Positions 52,497 through 64,000 of a DNA stretch of 64,000 nucleotides are shown here, piece by piece (within the stretch, counting starts at the first letter, position 1; each line of letters begins with the position of its first letter). The notes under the pieces are model-generated. The model saw only the letters and a list, made by a program, of their open reading frames with translations, searched no databases and was not told the origin of the DNA. The DNA is from Octopus sinensis (taxonomy: Eukaryota): the NCBI RefSeq assembly GCF_006345805.1, contig NC_043009.1:17050001-17114000 (forward strand). The letters are read 5' to 3'. The translations under genes and the position numbers were made by a program.

Positions 52497-52690
52497 CTTG
52501 ACAGGTGACTTTCCCTGACCCAGATCTCCTTTCAAAGACTTGATTTTTGTAGTGTTGAAAACAGAATGAAAATAATCTTCCAGAGAGTAAATACATTTAA
52601 TTCCTAGTTTCTATAAATATTTCTTTATCTCAGTAAGCCTTATTGGCTTCTGTATTTGCTTTGGTTTCCATATTGAAAGTCATCCAGTTT
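52497..52690 (-). pseudogene. Probable decayed Sushi pseudo-exon paralogous to Sushi exons 1 and 2
   Basis: Ends GTCACCTGTCAAG|gt, versus GTCACCTGTGAAG|gt in Sushi 2. Retains ATAGAAACTAGG-ATTAAATGT (Sushi 2: ATTGGAACCAAA..ATTAAATGT), TTTCAT and AAGTCTTTGAAA in colinear order over a similar length, but has stops and frameshifts. Aligned by eye. Confidence 0.5.
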
Positions 52691-53619
52691 AATATCAACA
52701 CCTGACCCTTGGGTACTTTTAGCAGAGTTCAATCTGGCGTAAGCATTCAGGTCAGGCACTTTAGCTTTCCAGTAATTTCCTTTCCCCACCACTACAAGTC
52801 TTGGAGATCCAGTGTAACAGTTATGGGTGCTACCCTTCTTGGATTAAATCACAACAAAAGAAGAAAAAGGAAAAAAGCCATTTAGCACTTATTGAGGTTT
52901 CATACAACTTACCAATCGGCTGTGCACCACTGGATGCTTATACTGAGGCACATTACAACCTCATAGTCTAACTAAAAATAAATGAAGACTAACTTAAATA
53001 TACACAAATGTGCATTTTATTCTCTGCTCATGTCATGTCTTTTATTCCTTATTTTCTCTACTGCATGCTGTGAATATCCTGTAAAAACTTAAAGTTTATT
53101 ACAATACATGTTATCATACACACTTGAGTGTAATTTGAACTTTGTAACAACTTTGTTTCCTATCGAGCAATCATACTAGATTTATTCAAAAGAAATAAAA
53201 CAAAAGATATTTGTTGATGTAATAAAAGGGAAAAATCACAGTGTATGTTAACTCCATGTGATATCTAATTAGTGCCACATGCACTGTTCCCTGACTTGTA
53301 AATATCTCATCAATGGGAACAGTGTTATACAAGGATGGAGATAAGCTGCTGGTATGGAATGAATAAACATCCAACTAGAATTGAAATCACACTTAGATGA
53401 TCAGAGCCTTCTTGCTCTATGGTGTATGGTTGGAATGTAAGGCATGATGGCCAGTAGATTTGGTATAGCCACAACTTTCACTATTTGTTTCTTTTCAATT
53501 ATTTTAATTATTTCAGTTACCATGTGGTGGATTGACAGACTTCTTAGTGTAGAGGTGAACTATATGTCTGGTTATATTTAGCTTTCTTAGGCAGTTTTAC
53601 AGACTCTAACTCCAGACAG

Positions 53620-53646
53620 AAAGAAATAATAATAATAATGATGATG

Positions 53647-53704
<58 letters not shown>

Positions 53705-53752
53705 TGATGATGATGATGATGATGATAATAATAATAATAATAATAATAATAG
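53620..53752. repeat. Compound (AAT)n/(GAT)n microsatellite
   Basis: Direct reading. Confidence 0.99.
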
Positions 53753-56589
53753 TAAGAAAGGGATTTTATTAACGTTTAATTGATTTGTTAGATTAAAATC
53801 AATATTTATTCATTTAGGAATTTCGGTTGATATAAATTTTAAGATCTAGAATAATGATGTCCAAATTTAAAGCTTCAGATTTATAGGTATGAAGAAACAG
53901 GAAGTTTTATCATTCATGCTTTTAACAAGTAAAAGTTATGCCCACAGCAAATCAACCATCCACATTCTCCCTCCACCAAAGAGCAGGAAACCTCCGATCA
54001 TCTAAGTATAGTTTCAATTCTAGATGGATGATTATTTCTTTTCATTGAAACAAATTATTCAATTCCTGCATTATACTGCGCCCATGGGTGACACACAACT
54101 TATTGTACTGTGCCTTTTGTGGTAATTAAGCACAACATGGAAATGAAAGTTCACCTGTAAGTTATTGGAACTGTTAAAGCACAAAGTGCCTTTTTATGAA
54201 AACAACCATTCCTTTCCATACAACTTGGGTTAAGTGAATCTACAAATTTACAACTTTCTCGAATTCTTGGAACAGTCCTATCACAGTGGTTTAATTGACA
54301 ACTTTCTAATTAGTTTACTAATTAGAAAGTTGTCTACTGTAAAATGGATGTTACCACACAGCTTGGTCAACTATAAAAAGACACTGTAATGTATCTTATT
54401 TGAAAAACCCATGATTGTATTTGTGTGAGGCTTGAACATAGTCCTTCAATTAGGAATCCAACGTGTTTACTTCTTCACACAACAACTCAGTAAATGAGCC
54501 ACAGTTAGGTATCCATGAACTATAAAGACTTATAGATAACATTCATACTTTTTATACCTGCATATCCAGGCATGCAGGTGTTTTGAAAATACCTCATGGA
54601 GTGATGATTGTGCCCTGTATAGTTGCAGGTTGCCCTTTGACTAGGTATAGCACCCATTCAGCCACCTTGCCAGGGATATGGTGAAGTCATGGGATGGCAG
54701 TATGGGGGATTGTGAAGGGGTAGTGAAAGAGATCAACTGAGCCAATGGTGCTTCTTACATTGATGCTAAGTGGAAGAATCCTAGAAGACCAATGGTCAGG
54801 ATCACCAAGCCCTATCAAGAGAGTAACTACAATGCATCCATAGGGGCAGCATCCATGGTTGTGTAATAGGTTAATGAAAGATTTACTATGACTCAAGCTC
54901 ACAATGCAAATTCTTAATAATGGAATTGGATGGCAACAGAGAGTCATGGGAATCCATGAAAGCAGCGCAACTGAAGAGAGAGATTCAACTGTGAAAGCAA
55001 ATGAAACAATGCAATTTCACTAATTACAACAGGAAATTGTTTCCAATCCTGACTGCTCAGTCAAGTGGGGCACAGGATGCAGTATAGATTGAACAACAGA
55101 ATATTAATTGCCAGTTCTTTAATCATGAGATAAATACTTATTTCATCTACTTATGAATCTTTTTAAGTAAGGCACATTAATCCACTTTCTTCAACATAGA
55201 AATACTGATTACACGAACATCTCACTTTATCACTAAAGAACATCATCATCATCATCATCATCAACATTTAATATCAATTGTCCATGCTGGCATGAGCTGG
55301 ACAGCTTGATCAAAGCTGGTAAGCTGAGGGGTTGCACCAGACTACAGTTTGACTTAGCATGGTTTCTATGGCTGGATGCCCTTCCTAATGCCAGCCACTC
55401 CGAGAGTGTAATGGGTGTTTTTACGTGATTAGAAATTGTTTCTTTCTTAAATATTCACATTTTGTAATATTTTAAAACTATGAGTATAAATATGATGTTG
55501 AATAATTTAATTTTTCTGAATTAATGTTACAATAATTTCTAACAAAATACATATTTAATAAAAATGTAATATAAGTAAACAAAAATAAAGAGAAAGGCAA
55601 TAATGAGAGTTAGTTGGGAAGGGGACACATGAATTTTGATTACTTCCTAGTAACCAAATATAGTATAAACCGTTCATTGATTTTCAGTTGATCTATAACT
55701 TTACATTGTTATGAAGAGAGAGACATTCCATGTTTGTTCCTACACAGCATCATGATATATTGAATACAAAAAGAGCATGCTATCCTGCCACCTTAATTTT
55801 TAGTAAAGAATATGTCTGAGTAGAGGAGTTTTGAACATAATGTAGTAAGTCCCAAAATTCAATCAGTTTAATCACTTACACTTACTGTAAGGAAATGAAT
55901 AAATAAATAGCGCCAATAATCAATTGTAGTCAAGAAGGGTAAGAGAGGCAACTCTGAAATCCAAATTAATTTAAAATGTAATGAGACACACAGAGGAGAT
56001 TGAATTTGATTTTGGGTACAGTAACAGCTTGTGAAATGTTTCAGTCTTATTAGACCTCCTCAGTGAAGTATTGTCTTGCTACTTTTTACCAGTCACTAAC
56101 CTTAAATGACTAAGAAATATAAAGATTTTGAATGAGTAGACATTAATAGACATGGTTATATAACAGAATAATGGGAAAGCCTTCCACAGGATAAAAAGCA
56201 AATAGTTAAATAAGTACGTGAGGTGCAAGGACTAATGTAGCAAGCTGAAAAAAAATTTAATCAGTTAAAATTACACATGCAACAAAGCGGGAAAAAAATC
56301 ATTTGCGAAATTAATTGTGATGAGGAAAGGCAAGGGCAACAACCCAAAAATTTAAAATTAAGCTTTGAAGCCACCAGAAGAAAATAAGGAAAAAAACCAA
56401 GCACTAAGAGAGATAGGTTCAGCAGAATCAACCTTGTCCTCCACCAACATTACCTTTCAGTCGATGCTATTGACTCTTCTATGCAAGAATTGGTTTAATT
56501 AGTCATCAACATCATCACCATAAAGAAAGGGTTCAGCAAAGAAGAAACTAAATTCTCAGATACAAGATAAAGCCACTGCTACTGCTGCT

Positions 56590-56988
56590 GCTGTTGCTGT
56601 TGTTGTTGTTGCTGCTGTTGTGTGAACGGTCTTCGTCCCAGAGCTCGCAAGATGGGAGCAGTCCGAAATGTGGTCCTTTGCTATTTGTAAGACCCGCAGA
56701 ACAGGAAGCAGATCAACCTCCAACACCGAGAGCATCGATGGATGGATGAATGCGCATCCAGGCTCAGCGGTTGCGTAGGAAGTCGGGGACAAGAAACAGG
56801 AAGAAAGAACGAGAGAAAGTTGGAGCAAAAGAGTACAACAGGGCTCGCCATCAACCCCTGCCGGAGCCTTGTGGAGCTTTTGGTGTTTTCGCTCAATAAA
56901 CACACACAACATCCGGTCTGTGAATCGAAAACACGATCCTCCAACTGCGAGTCTGCTGCCCTAACCACTGGGCCATTGCGCCTCCACT
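56590..56988 (-). mobile_element. tRNA-derived SINE family B
   Basis: Head ggaggcgcaatggcccagtggttagggcagc..ttcgattc with a (CAA/CAG)n tail. Related heads at about 18055-18368(-), 37700-38020(-) and 52025-52330(+). Confidence 0.88.
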
Positions 56989-57787
56989 TACTGCTGCTGT
57001 GGATTAGGAGTAAGCAATGGGGAATGGATTTGATGTCTGGTAATAAGGTATGTGTGTGTTTGTGCGTGTGTGTGTGTGATAATCCAGGTGACATGATACT
57101 CAACACAGGGATGTCATTTAGACAGTATGATAATCCCTTCTACTATAGGCACAAGGCCTGAAATTCGGGGGAAAGCGGGGGATAGTCAATTACATTGACC
57201 CCAGTGCTCCACTGGTACTTATGTAATTGACACCGAAAGGATGAAAGGCAAAGTCGACCTCAGAGGAATTTGAACTCAGAACATAAAGATGCAAATGCAT
57301 GCCAACAACTTTGCCAGCTTGCTGCCTTTGCACAGTATAATAATGGAATGTCTCTGAGCATATATGTGTGTAAGGTTTGTATTGTTGTAATAAACTTTAG
57401 TGTTAATCATTTGATCTAAGTTTCATTCTCTTCTAACTGTAACCATGGTAACATTCAAATAATTTGGGATCAATCTTGGGTACAGAAAACATTTCTTCAT
57501 TTGAACAGAGTTTCATCAACTCTACTTAATCCAAATTAGGATTTTGGGTCTTTTATCTTTTATCTTTTACTTGTTTCCACTCATTTGACTGTGGCCATAC
57601 TGAAGCAGGACCTTCAAGGGTTTTTGCTAAACAAATTGATTCCAGGACTTATTTTTTAAGCCTAAAACTCATTCTATTGGTCTCTTTTGCCAAACCGCTA
57701 ACTTATGGCGATATAATTACACCAGCATCAGTTGTCAAGTGATGGCGGTGGAGGGACAAACACAAAGACACACACACACAAACACAC

Positions 57788-57819
<32 letters not shown>

Positions 57820-58254
57820 CACACACACACACACACACATGCACACACACACACACACACGCACACATACACACACACACACAATTTTCAGGATTCAAAA
57901 GAATCAGGTATTGAAATAGTAAAAGCACCAAGGTAAAGTCGGGGATAGAACACCTGTGTACCAACACTGTATACCGACACATATACATACTTACTAAAGT
58001 AAATCTGGATATGTACTTCCAGTTATGTATACATTCACAAGTTACTGACTACATAATGTATCATCAAAGTCATACAAGGGGTACACTCACTACACATATT
58101 CCACTTCAACTACAAACTCCAGATCCAAACCTATGGTGGGTTCTGTGTTGTGGTTCACTACAGCTGTTTCAGACATGTTCTTTATTGATTTCAGCAGGAA
58201 ATCAGGTTGGGTTAGTTACCTGGTACCACATCCAGTTTTGCGCTAAGTTCTTCT

Positions 58255-59570
58255 TGTTATCTGAACCCATTCAGCTACTGCGCTTGGATGGGCAGGATCA
58301 GTAGCCACTGATAAAAAGAAAGTTTGAACCAAAGGGGCTGCAGAGATGTTAGTAAATTGCCACCTAGGGTTTCTGGGAGAGCTAGTTGCTGAATTTGGTT
58401 TGAAGCTGAGCATGGTCTTTGTGCCCTCGGAAAGGAATAAGGCAGACATTCTAACAAGGGTGAAAAAGGCCTGGTTGGTGGTGCTGGAAGATTCAGAGCT
58501 GGGGAAAGCAGCAGTGTGTCATCTGACTCGGAACTAAGGAGACTGCATGCCATGCATCACATGGGTTTGGATGGAACCCAGGGTCTTGTCAGGAGGGTTG
58601 ATTTTGACATTACTAAGCAGAGCGTTCAAAAGGTAGTCAGGAGCTGTGATAGGTGTCAATCCATCAACCCTGTTCTGGGTGTGCACAAGCCAGGAAATAT
58701 CTCACCACTAGAAGCAGTATTTTGGTACAATCTATCACCCCAGTCAGGACAGGCCGAGGAGTCCATACCATACAGAGTGATATTCAGGTATGAATGATAT
58801 CACCTGTGTACAACATTACAACATGCTGTGGAAGAGAGACAGCCAGCTTTCATCCAGGTAGGAGATGAAGTCTGGGGCAAGCCCCCGAAGGCATGTTGCT
58901 CATCTCAGTGGAACAGAGGAACTGACGGCTGTTAATTCCAAAAATAATGTTCCTGTGAATGGAATGCCATGTCACATCTTGGATGGTTGGAGAATTGTTG
59001 CTTCGTCAGATGGTGAAGGGGTAAATGAGAGAAAGCAAGCGGCACTCCATACCTGTGGAGATGACAGTGAGTGAGATGTCCACCCAGGTGAATGGCAGAT
59101 TTCAACATGGAGTGAAGTGAAGAGGTGATCTTTGAGATCAGGTGGGTAAGTGGGGATGAGGTGAATGGAAGGAAATGGTCAGTGACGTCAATGGTTGAGG
59201 GGCCTTACCAGAAGAGGAAGAGAGAGTGAAGATGTAGGTGGAAGTAGGACCAACATGGGCCTCTTTTGCCTTGGGCAGTCGTTGTGGATGGATGCATGTG
59301 GAAGTGTGTGTGTGTGAGACAGGGCTTTAGCAGTAGGCTCTAGTGGTAGGTCAGATGGGTAGAGCATGTTTTGTATTTAACCTAGCTGGATAGTCGACCT
59401 TGAGTGATAGGTGAACTTCACTTTGTTCCTCACATTACAGTTCCCTCTTACTACATTAATTCTTACCTGTATTCACCTGATGTAAACGTTTTTCTTTTTC
59501 ATGCATGTTGTAACACTTTTGTTCATCAATAAAGAATACGTCTGAAAGAGTTCTAGTGAACTGCAACCCA
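58255..59570 (+). mobile_element. Ty3/Gypsy remnant (RNase H, integrase zinc finger, probable 3' LTR)
   Basis: FGLKLSMVFVPSERNKADILTR (RNase H C-terminus) and LHAMHHMG..VVRSCDRCQSI (HHCC). A TG...CA segment at about 59305-59570 contains AATAAA and follows a purine-rich stretch. Confidence 0.8.
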
Positions 59571-59580
59571 TTTGTGCTAT

Positions 59581-59629
<49 letters not shown>

Positions 59630-60347
59630 ATGTGCTTCTTTCAATTTCCATCTACCAAATCCACTCACAAGGCTTTGGTTGGCCCAAGGCTATAGTAGAA
59701 GACACTTGCCAAGGTGGATTTGATGTTATTGATGAGAATGAACTGATAGAGGCTGCTGGTAAATACCAAGCTGCTAACTTGACATGTGGTTTTGAGGCCT
59801 GCCTGTTGTCAAGGTTGTTTCTTCTTTGTTTTCACCTTCCTCACTAAGACTACACTTATTTTAGATACATTAATACAACCATTCCTCTCCTTGTCTCTGA
59901 GACTCCTGGGTATTGACAAAGATGTACTAGAAATCTGTGAGCTGAGGTTCAAAATTTGTTGAACTGGTTTTTTAAAAGTCTTGCATCTATGGAAAAATTC
60001 ATCCAACAATTTAGGACTTGCAGACCCTGGAGATTCACAAAGTTTGAACTAGGGTCCTGAACAGAGATAGACATTTAAAAAACCTGGGGTTTGTGAGAAA
60101 TAAAAGAAGGCCTTGTTTGTGAAAGAGACAGGAACAACTGTATTAATATAGTTTCATTACTTTCTGTTCTTATTATTGTTTCTTGTCTACTATACAGGGA
60201 TCTAATTAAATCAGTTGTTAATGAAAATAGCAAAAGAGTGCAGTATAAATTTAGAAAGACTGCAATGAGAATTATTTAATTAGTTTCATTGACCAGTTGA
60301 AGAGTCAGTAGATTTATGTCTAAAGATTGATTGAATAACCAAAGTAT

Positions 60348-60379
<32 letters not shown>

Positions 60380-60621
60380 CATACATACATAAATACATTC
60401 ACACATACATACATACATACATATACATACATACATACACACACACATACATACACACAAACGCACACACACACACACACACATATGGATATTAGATATC
60501 AAATATACACATACACGCGGACACATATATGTACAGCTCTACACATTATATGTATGCAAATCTATATATCTATATCTGTATGTACAGACACACACGCACA
60601 CATTAACAGCAAGAAAGAGAA

Positions 60622-60623
<2 letters not shown>

Positions 60624-60657
<34 letters not shown>

Positions 60658-60672
60658 CTAGATAGATAGATA

Positions 60673-60736
<64 letters not shown>

Positions 60737-60742
60737 ATAGAT
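60624..60742. repeat. (GATA)n microsatellite
   Basis: Direct reading. Confidence 0.99.
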
Positions 60743-61013
60743 AGAATGGATTTAATATAAATTTCACTTACAAGATAAATGAATTTAATGATCACTATTG
60801 TAACATTATTTCACTATCCTGTATTCAAACAAAGGAATTAATTCAGTTATTTCATATGGTCTGATAATGGTACAGCATGATTTATAGACTATCTGGTAAT
60901 ATGAATAGGACACAGTTCCAGATGAATATCCAATCTTAGCTTTATGGTAGCTAGATGTGAGAACATAGATGGTCTCATGATAATTCTAGAACCAATGATA
61001 CATGCACATGCAC

Positions 61014-61100
<87 letters not shown>

Positions 61101-62285
61101 GCACACATGCAACACAAACACACACATCTATTCGTATGTGGGTGTATACATACATACATACATATGTACGTACACACACATATTCACACACATACGTACA
61201 CCCTATATATCATCATGATCATCATCATCATTTAATGTTCATGTTCCATGCAAGCATAGGTAGGTAGGATTGTTTGACAGGATCCAACATGTGCAAAGAC
61301 TGCACCATGCTCCAATGTCTGCTGTGGTATTGCTTTTACAGCTGGATGCCCTTCCTAACATCACCCACTTCACAGCATACACAGGGTGCTTTTTTCATAG
61401 CACCAGCACAAGTAAAGTCACCCTTCAGTTTGCAGAACTAAAACCCTCTCTGATTAAGTGGGGGTGCTCTATGCCATGGGATGTGAAATTAAAGTGAAAG
61501 AGAAGGGGCCTGGAAAGAATAAGTTTCTTATACTCACATTACACTGTTATTTCTTATTTATTTACCCCTAGAAAGTATGGAAAATGGCTAATATTTCCTT
61601 CAAACTTTACTTTTGTTACATTTATTCAAGCCCCAAAAAATCCTTCTCAACATATGGCTATGATGCTCCCCTACTACTCTTTTTTCATGATCAGGGATAC
61701 ACATATTGTCAACCACTAAAGGACATGCTCAAGTGGTTAAGTGGTCAAGCAACTGACAAGGATAGCTGTGATATTGAGCAGAATATTTACTATAATGATA
61801 TTTCTGCTTCAGCAACTCGGTGCTGAATCTAGTTGAAATGTAATGGGAAATAGGTCAATTTCAAAGCATTGATGTCCAGGTCACAAAAGCAAAGTTTGAA
61901 GGGAAGCAAATAGGAAATAACACTTACTGACAAAAGACAGAAAAAATTAAACATGAAAACAAATACAAAACATACTACAGAAGAAAAGGAGAAAAAAAAT
62001 CACTCCATGGCCAAACCCTGCAAAGCTTAACAAAGAAGAAGTGAGCCTCAGTAAAAACAAACAATAGCTCAAAAGCTCTGGACAAATAACTGGAATGAAA
62101 GGACTGACTCTCACTGCACAAAACCAATGCCTGGCCACAAACAACTATAAAAGCAAAATAAAGAAAACAGGACCTAACACCAAATGCAGAATGCGCAACC
62201 AGCACAATGAGACAGTTGACCACATTATCTCTGACTTTCCATTCCTTATCAAATATCAAATCTGAATATATATGTATATATATAT

Positions 62286-62648
62286 AAACATCCAGATGGA
62301 CGATACAAAGAAAACAAGAATGGGTCATTCGAAGTTTTCTATCCTCAATTAAGTTCCAGATTATCTTTGTAATTTCGGCTGGTTAATCTTGAGATTGCTC
62401 CAATCTGGCCAGCCCCAATGAAAAACTAAGCTAAGAGCATTAGATTCCTTGGAAGAAAGCAACGAATGTATTGCTTTCTTCCAAGGAATCTAATGCTCTT
62501 AGCTTAGTTTTTCATTGAGGCTGACCAGATTGGAGCAATCTCAAGATTAACCAGCCGAAATTGCAAAACTAATCTGGAACTCGACTGAGGATAGAAAACT
62601 CTGAATGACCTGTCCTTGTTTTCTTTGTATCATTTGTCTGGATGCTTT
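62286..62648. repeat. 363-bp near-perfect inverted repeat (hairpin)
   Basis: Arms 62286-62462 and 62471-62648, 8-nt loop cgaatgta. The innermost 46 bp of the arms are identical. Confidence 0.97.
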
Positions 62649-62739
62649 GCGTTCTTGTCCCATTTTGGGATTTTTTATTATCTTTCGTTTTTGTGTATGC
62701 TCTCCCTTCACTTACTTCATTCTGTTCCTATATATATGT

Positions 62740-63062
62740 GGAGCACTCCATTGGTTACGATGACAAGGGTCCCAGCTGATACAATCAACATATCAACTTG
62801 CTCGTGAAATTAACGTGCAAGTGACTGAGCAATCCACAGACACATGTACCCCTAACGTAGTTCTCAGGGAAATTCAGTGTGAGACAGAGTGTGACAAGGC
62901 GGGCCCTTTGAAATACAAGTACAACTCATTTTTACCGGATGAGTGGAATGGAGCAACGTGAAATAAAGTGTCTTGCTCAAGGACAGAATGCGTCGCTGGG
63001 AATTGAACTCAGGACCTTACAATCGTGAGCCAAATGCACTAACCACTAAGTCACGCGCCTTC
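62740..63062 (-). mobile_element. tRNA-derived SINE family C
   Basis: Head ggcgcgtgacttagtggttag..gagttcaattccc followed by tgtccttgagcaagacac. Second copy at about 35065-35350(+). Confidence 0.85.
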
Positions 63063-63284
63063 AGTCAGGTATCACTGGCAACGACCCACACTCAAATGGT
63101 GCTTTTTATGTGCCACCAGTATGGGTCATAGTCAGGTGGTACTGGCATTGGCCACGACAATGACTTCACTTGATTTAACAGGTCTTTGCAAGCACAGTTT
63201 ATTGCCCAATGATTGAATGGTACTCTTAAATCGGCTGGTTATGCTGCACTACCATAGGCCACAGTTACGGTCTCACTTCACACA

Positions 63285-63735
63285 CATCATCATCATCATC
63301 ATCATCGTTTAACGTCCGCTTTCCATGCTAGCATGGGTTGGACGGTTCAACTGGGGTCTGGGAAGCCAGAAGGCTGCACCAGGCTCAGTCTGATCTGGCA
63401 GTGTTTCTACAGCTGGATGCCCTTCCTAACGCCAACCACTCCGTGAGTGTAGTGGGTGCTTTTTACGTGCCTCTGGCACAGGTGCCAGACGGGGCTGGCG
63501 AACGGCCACGATCGGATGGTGCTTTTTACCTGCCACCAGCATGGAGACCAGACGAAGCTGGCAACGGCCACGAATTGGATTGTGCTTTTTACGTGCCACC
63601 GGCACAGAGACCAGATGAAGCTGGCAACGGCCACGAATTGGATGGTGCTTTTTACGTGCCACCGGCATGGAGGCCAGTCAGGGCGGCGCTGGCTACGGCC
63701 ACGTTCGGATGGTTCTCTTACGTGCCACCGGCACT
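63285..63735 (-). mobile_element. SINE family E (RTE-type (GAT)n tail) with an internal 63-bp tandem array
   Basis: (CAT)n tail on the plus strand and ggatgcccttcctaacgccaaccac core. Units start at 63457, 63520, 63583, 63646 and 63713. Related copies at about 12430-12716, 31040-31335, 36405-36640, 55245-55430 and 61205-61420. Confidence 0.85.
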
Positions 63736-63737
63736 GA

Positions 63738-63749
63738 TATATATATATC

Positions 63750-63827
<78 letters not shown>

Positions 63828-63878
63828 TATGTGTGTGTATGTGTGTGTGTATGTATGTGTGTATATATATATATATAA

Positions 63879-63937
<59 letters not shown>

Positions 63938-64000
63938 TATATATATAATATATATATATATATTATATATATATAATATATATATATAATATACATATAT
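63738..64000. repeat. (TA)n/(CA)n/(TG)n compound microsatellite
   Basis: Direct reading. Similar tracts at 37165-37360, 57770-57885 and 61005-61100. Confidence 0.99.

Noticed and set aside
54687-54960. LEDQWSGSPSP, resembling a Sushi C-terminus on the plus strand
   Set aside because: Wrong strand for the gene, flanking Cys absent, surrounded by stops.
56900-56988. tRNA-like sequences here and at other SINE heads (18290-18368, 46590-46660, 62980-63062)
   Set aside because: They have A/B boxes but continue directly into SINE bodies, and I could not fold a complete cloverleaf. These are tRNA-derived SINE heads, not tRNA genes.
59809-60060. Minus-strand CQYP match to Sushi 4 and an NFVNLPGS EGF-like motif
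   Set aside because: Similarity is limited to ~15 nt, and there is no conserved Cys/Trp pattern or matching splice sites.

Overview
AT-rich eukaryotic DNA dense in microsatellites and SINEs. The SINE families look like those of octopus or another cephalopod, which is my recognition from memory and not a database result. The window is almost entirely intronic sequence of one minus-strand gene for an extracellular modular protein. I can resolve nine GT-AG exons, all phase 1-1, that splice into 528 stop-free codons: EGF_CA-Sushi-EGF_CA-Sushi-EGF_CA-Sushi-Sushi-Sushi-HYR. Neither the N-terminus nor the C-terminus was found in the window. A probable decayed Sushi exon lies upstream at about 52.5-52.7 kb. 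The introns hold a two-LTR Ty3/Gypsy element, a second Gypsy remnant, two mariner remnants, an R4/Dong-type RLE LINE, RTE, RTE-X and CR1 fragments, a Helitron helicase fragment, several MITE or fold-back elements, five SINE families and several minisatellites. I found no clearly new biological system. The best leads are the repeated EGF-Sushi cassette array with a dead exon, a ~600-bp intronic duplication whose identity drops at an RTE insertion point, a locally templated insertion flanked by a 23-bp duplication, a 363-bp hairpin, and a minisatellite derived from mariner coding sequence at an LTR junction. Exon boundaries were indexed base by base; TE and SINE boundaries are approximate and identities were estimated by eye.
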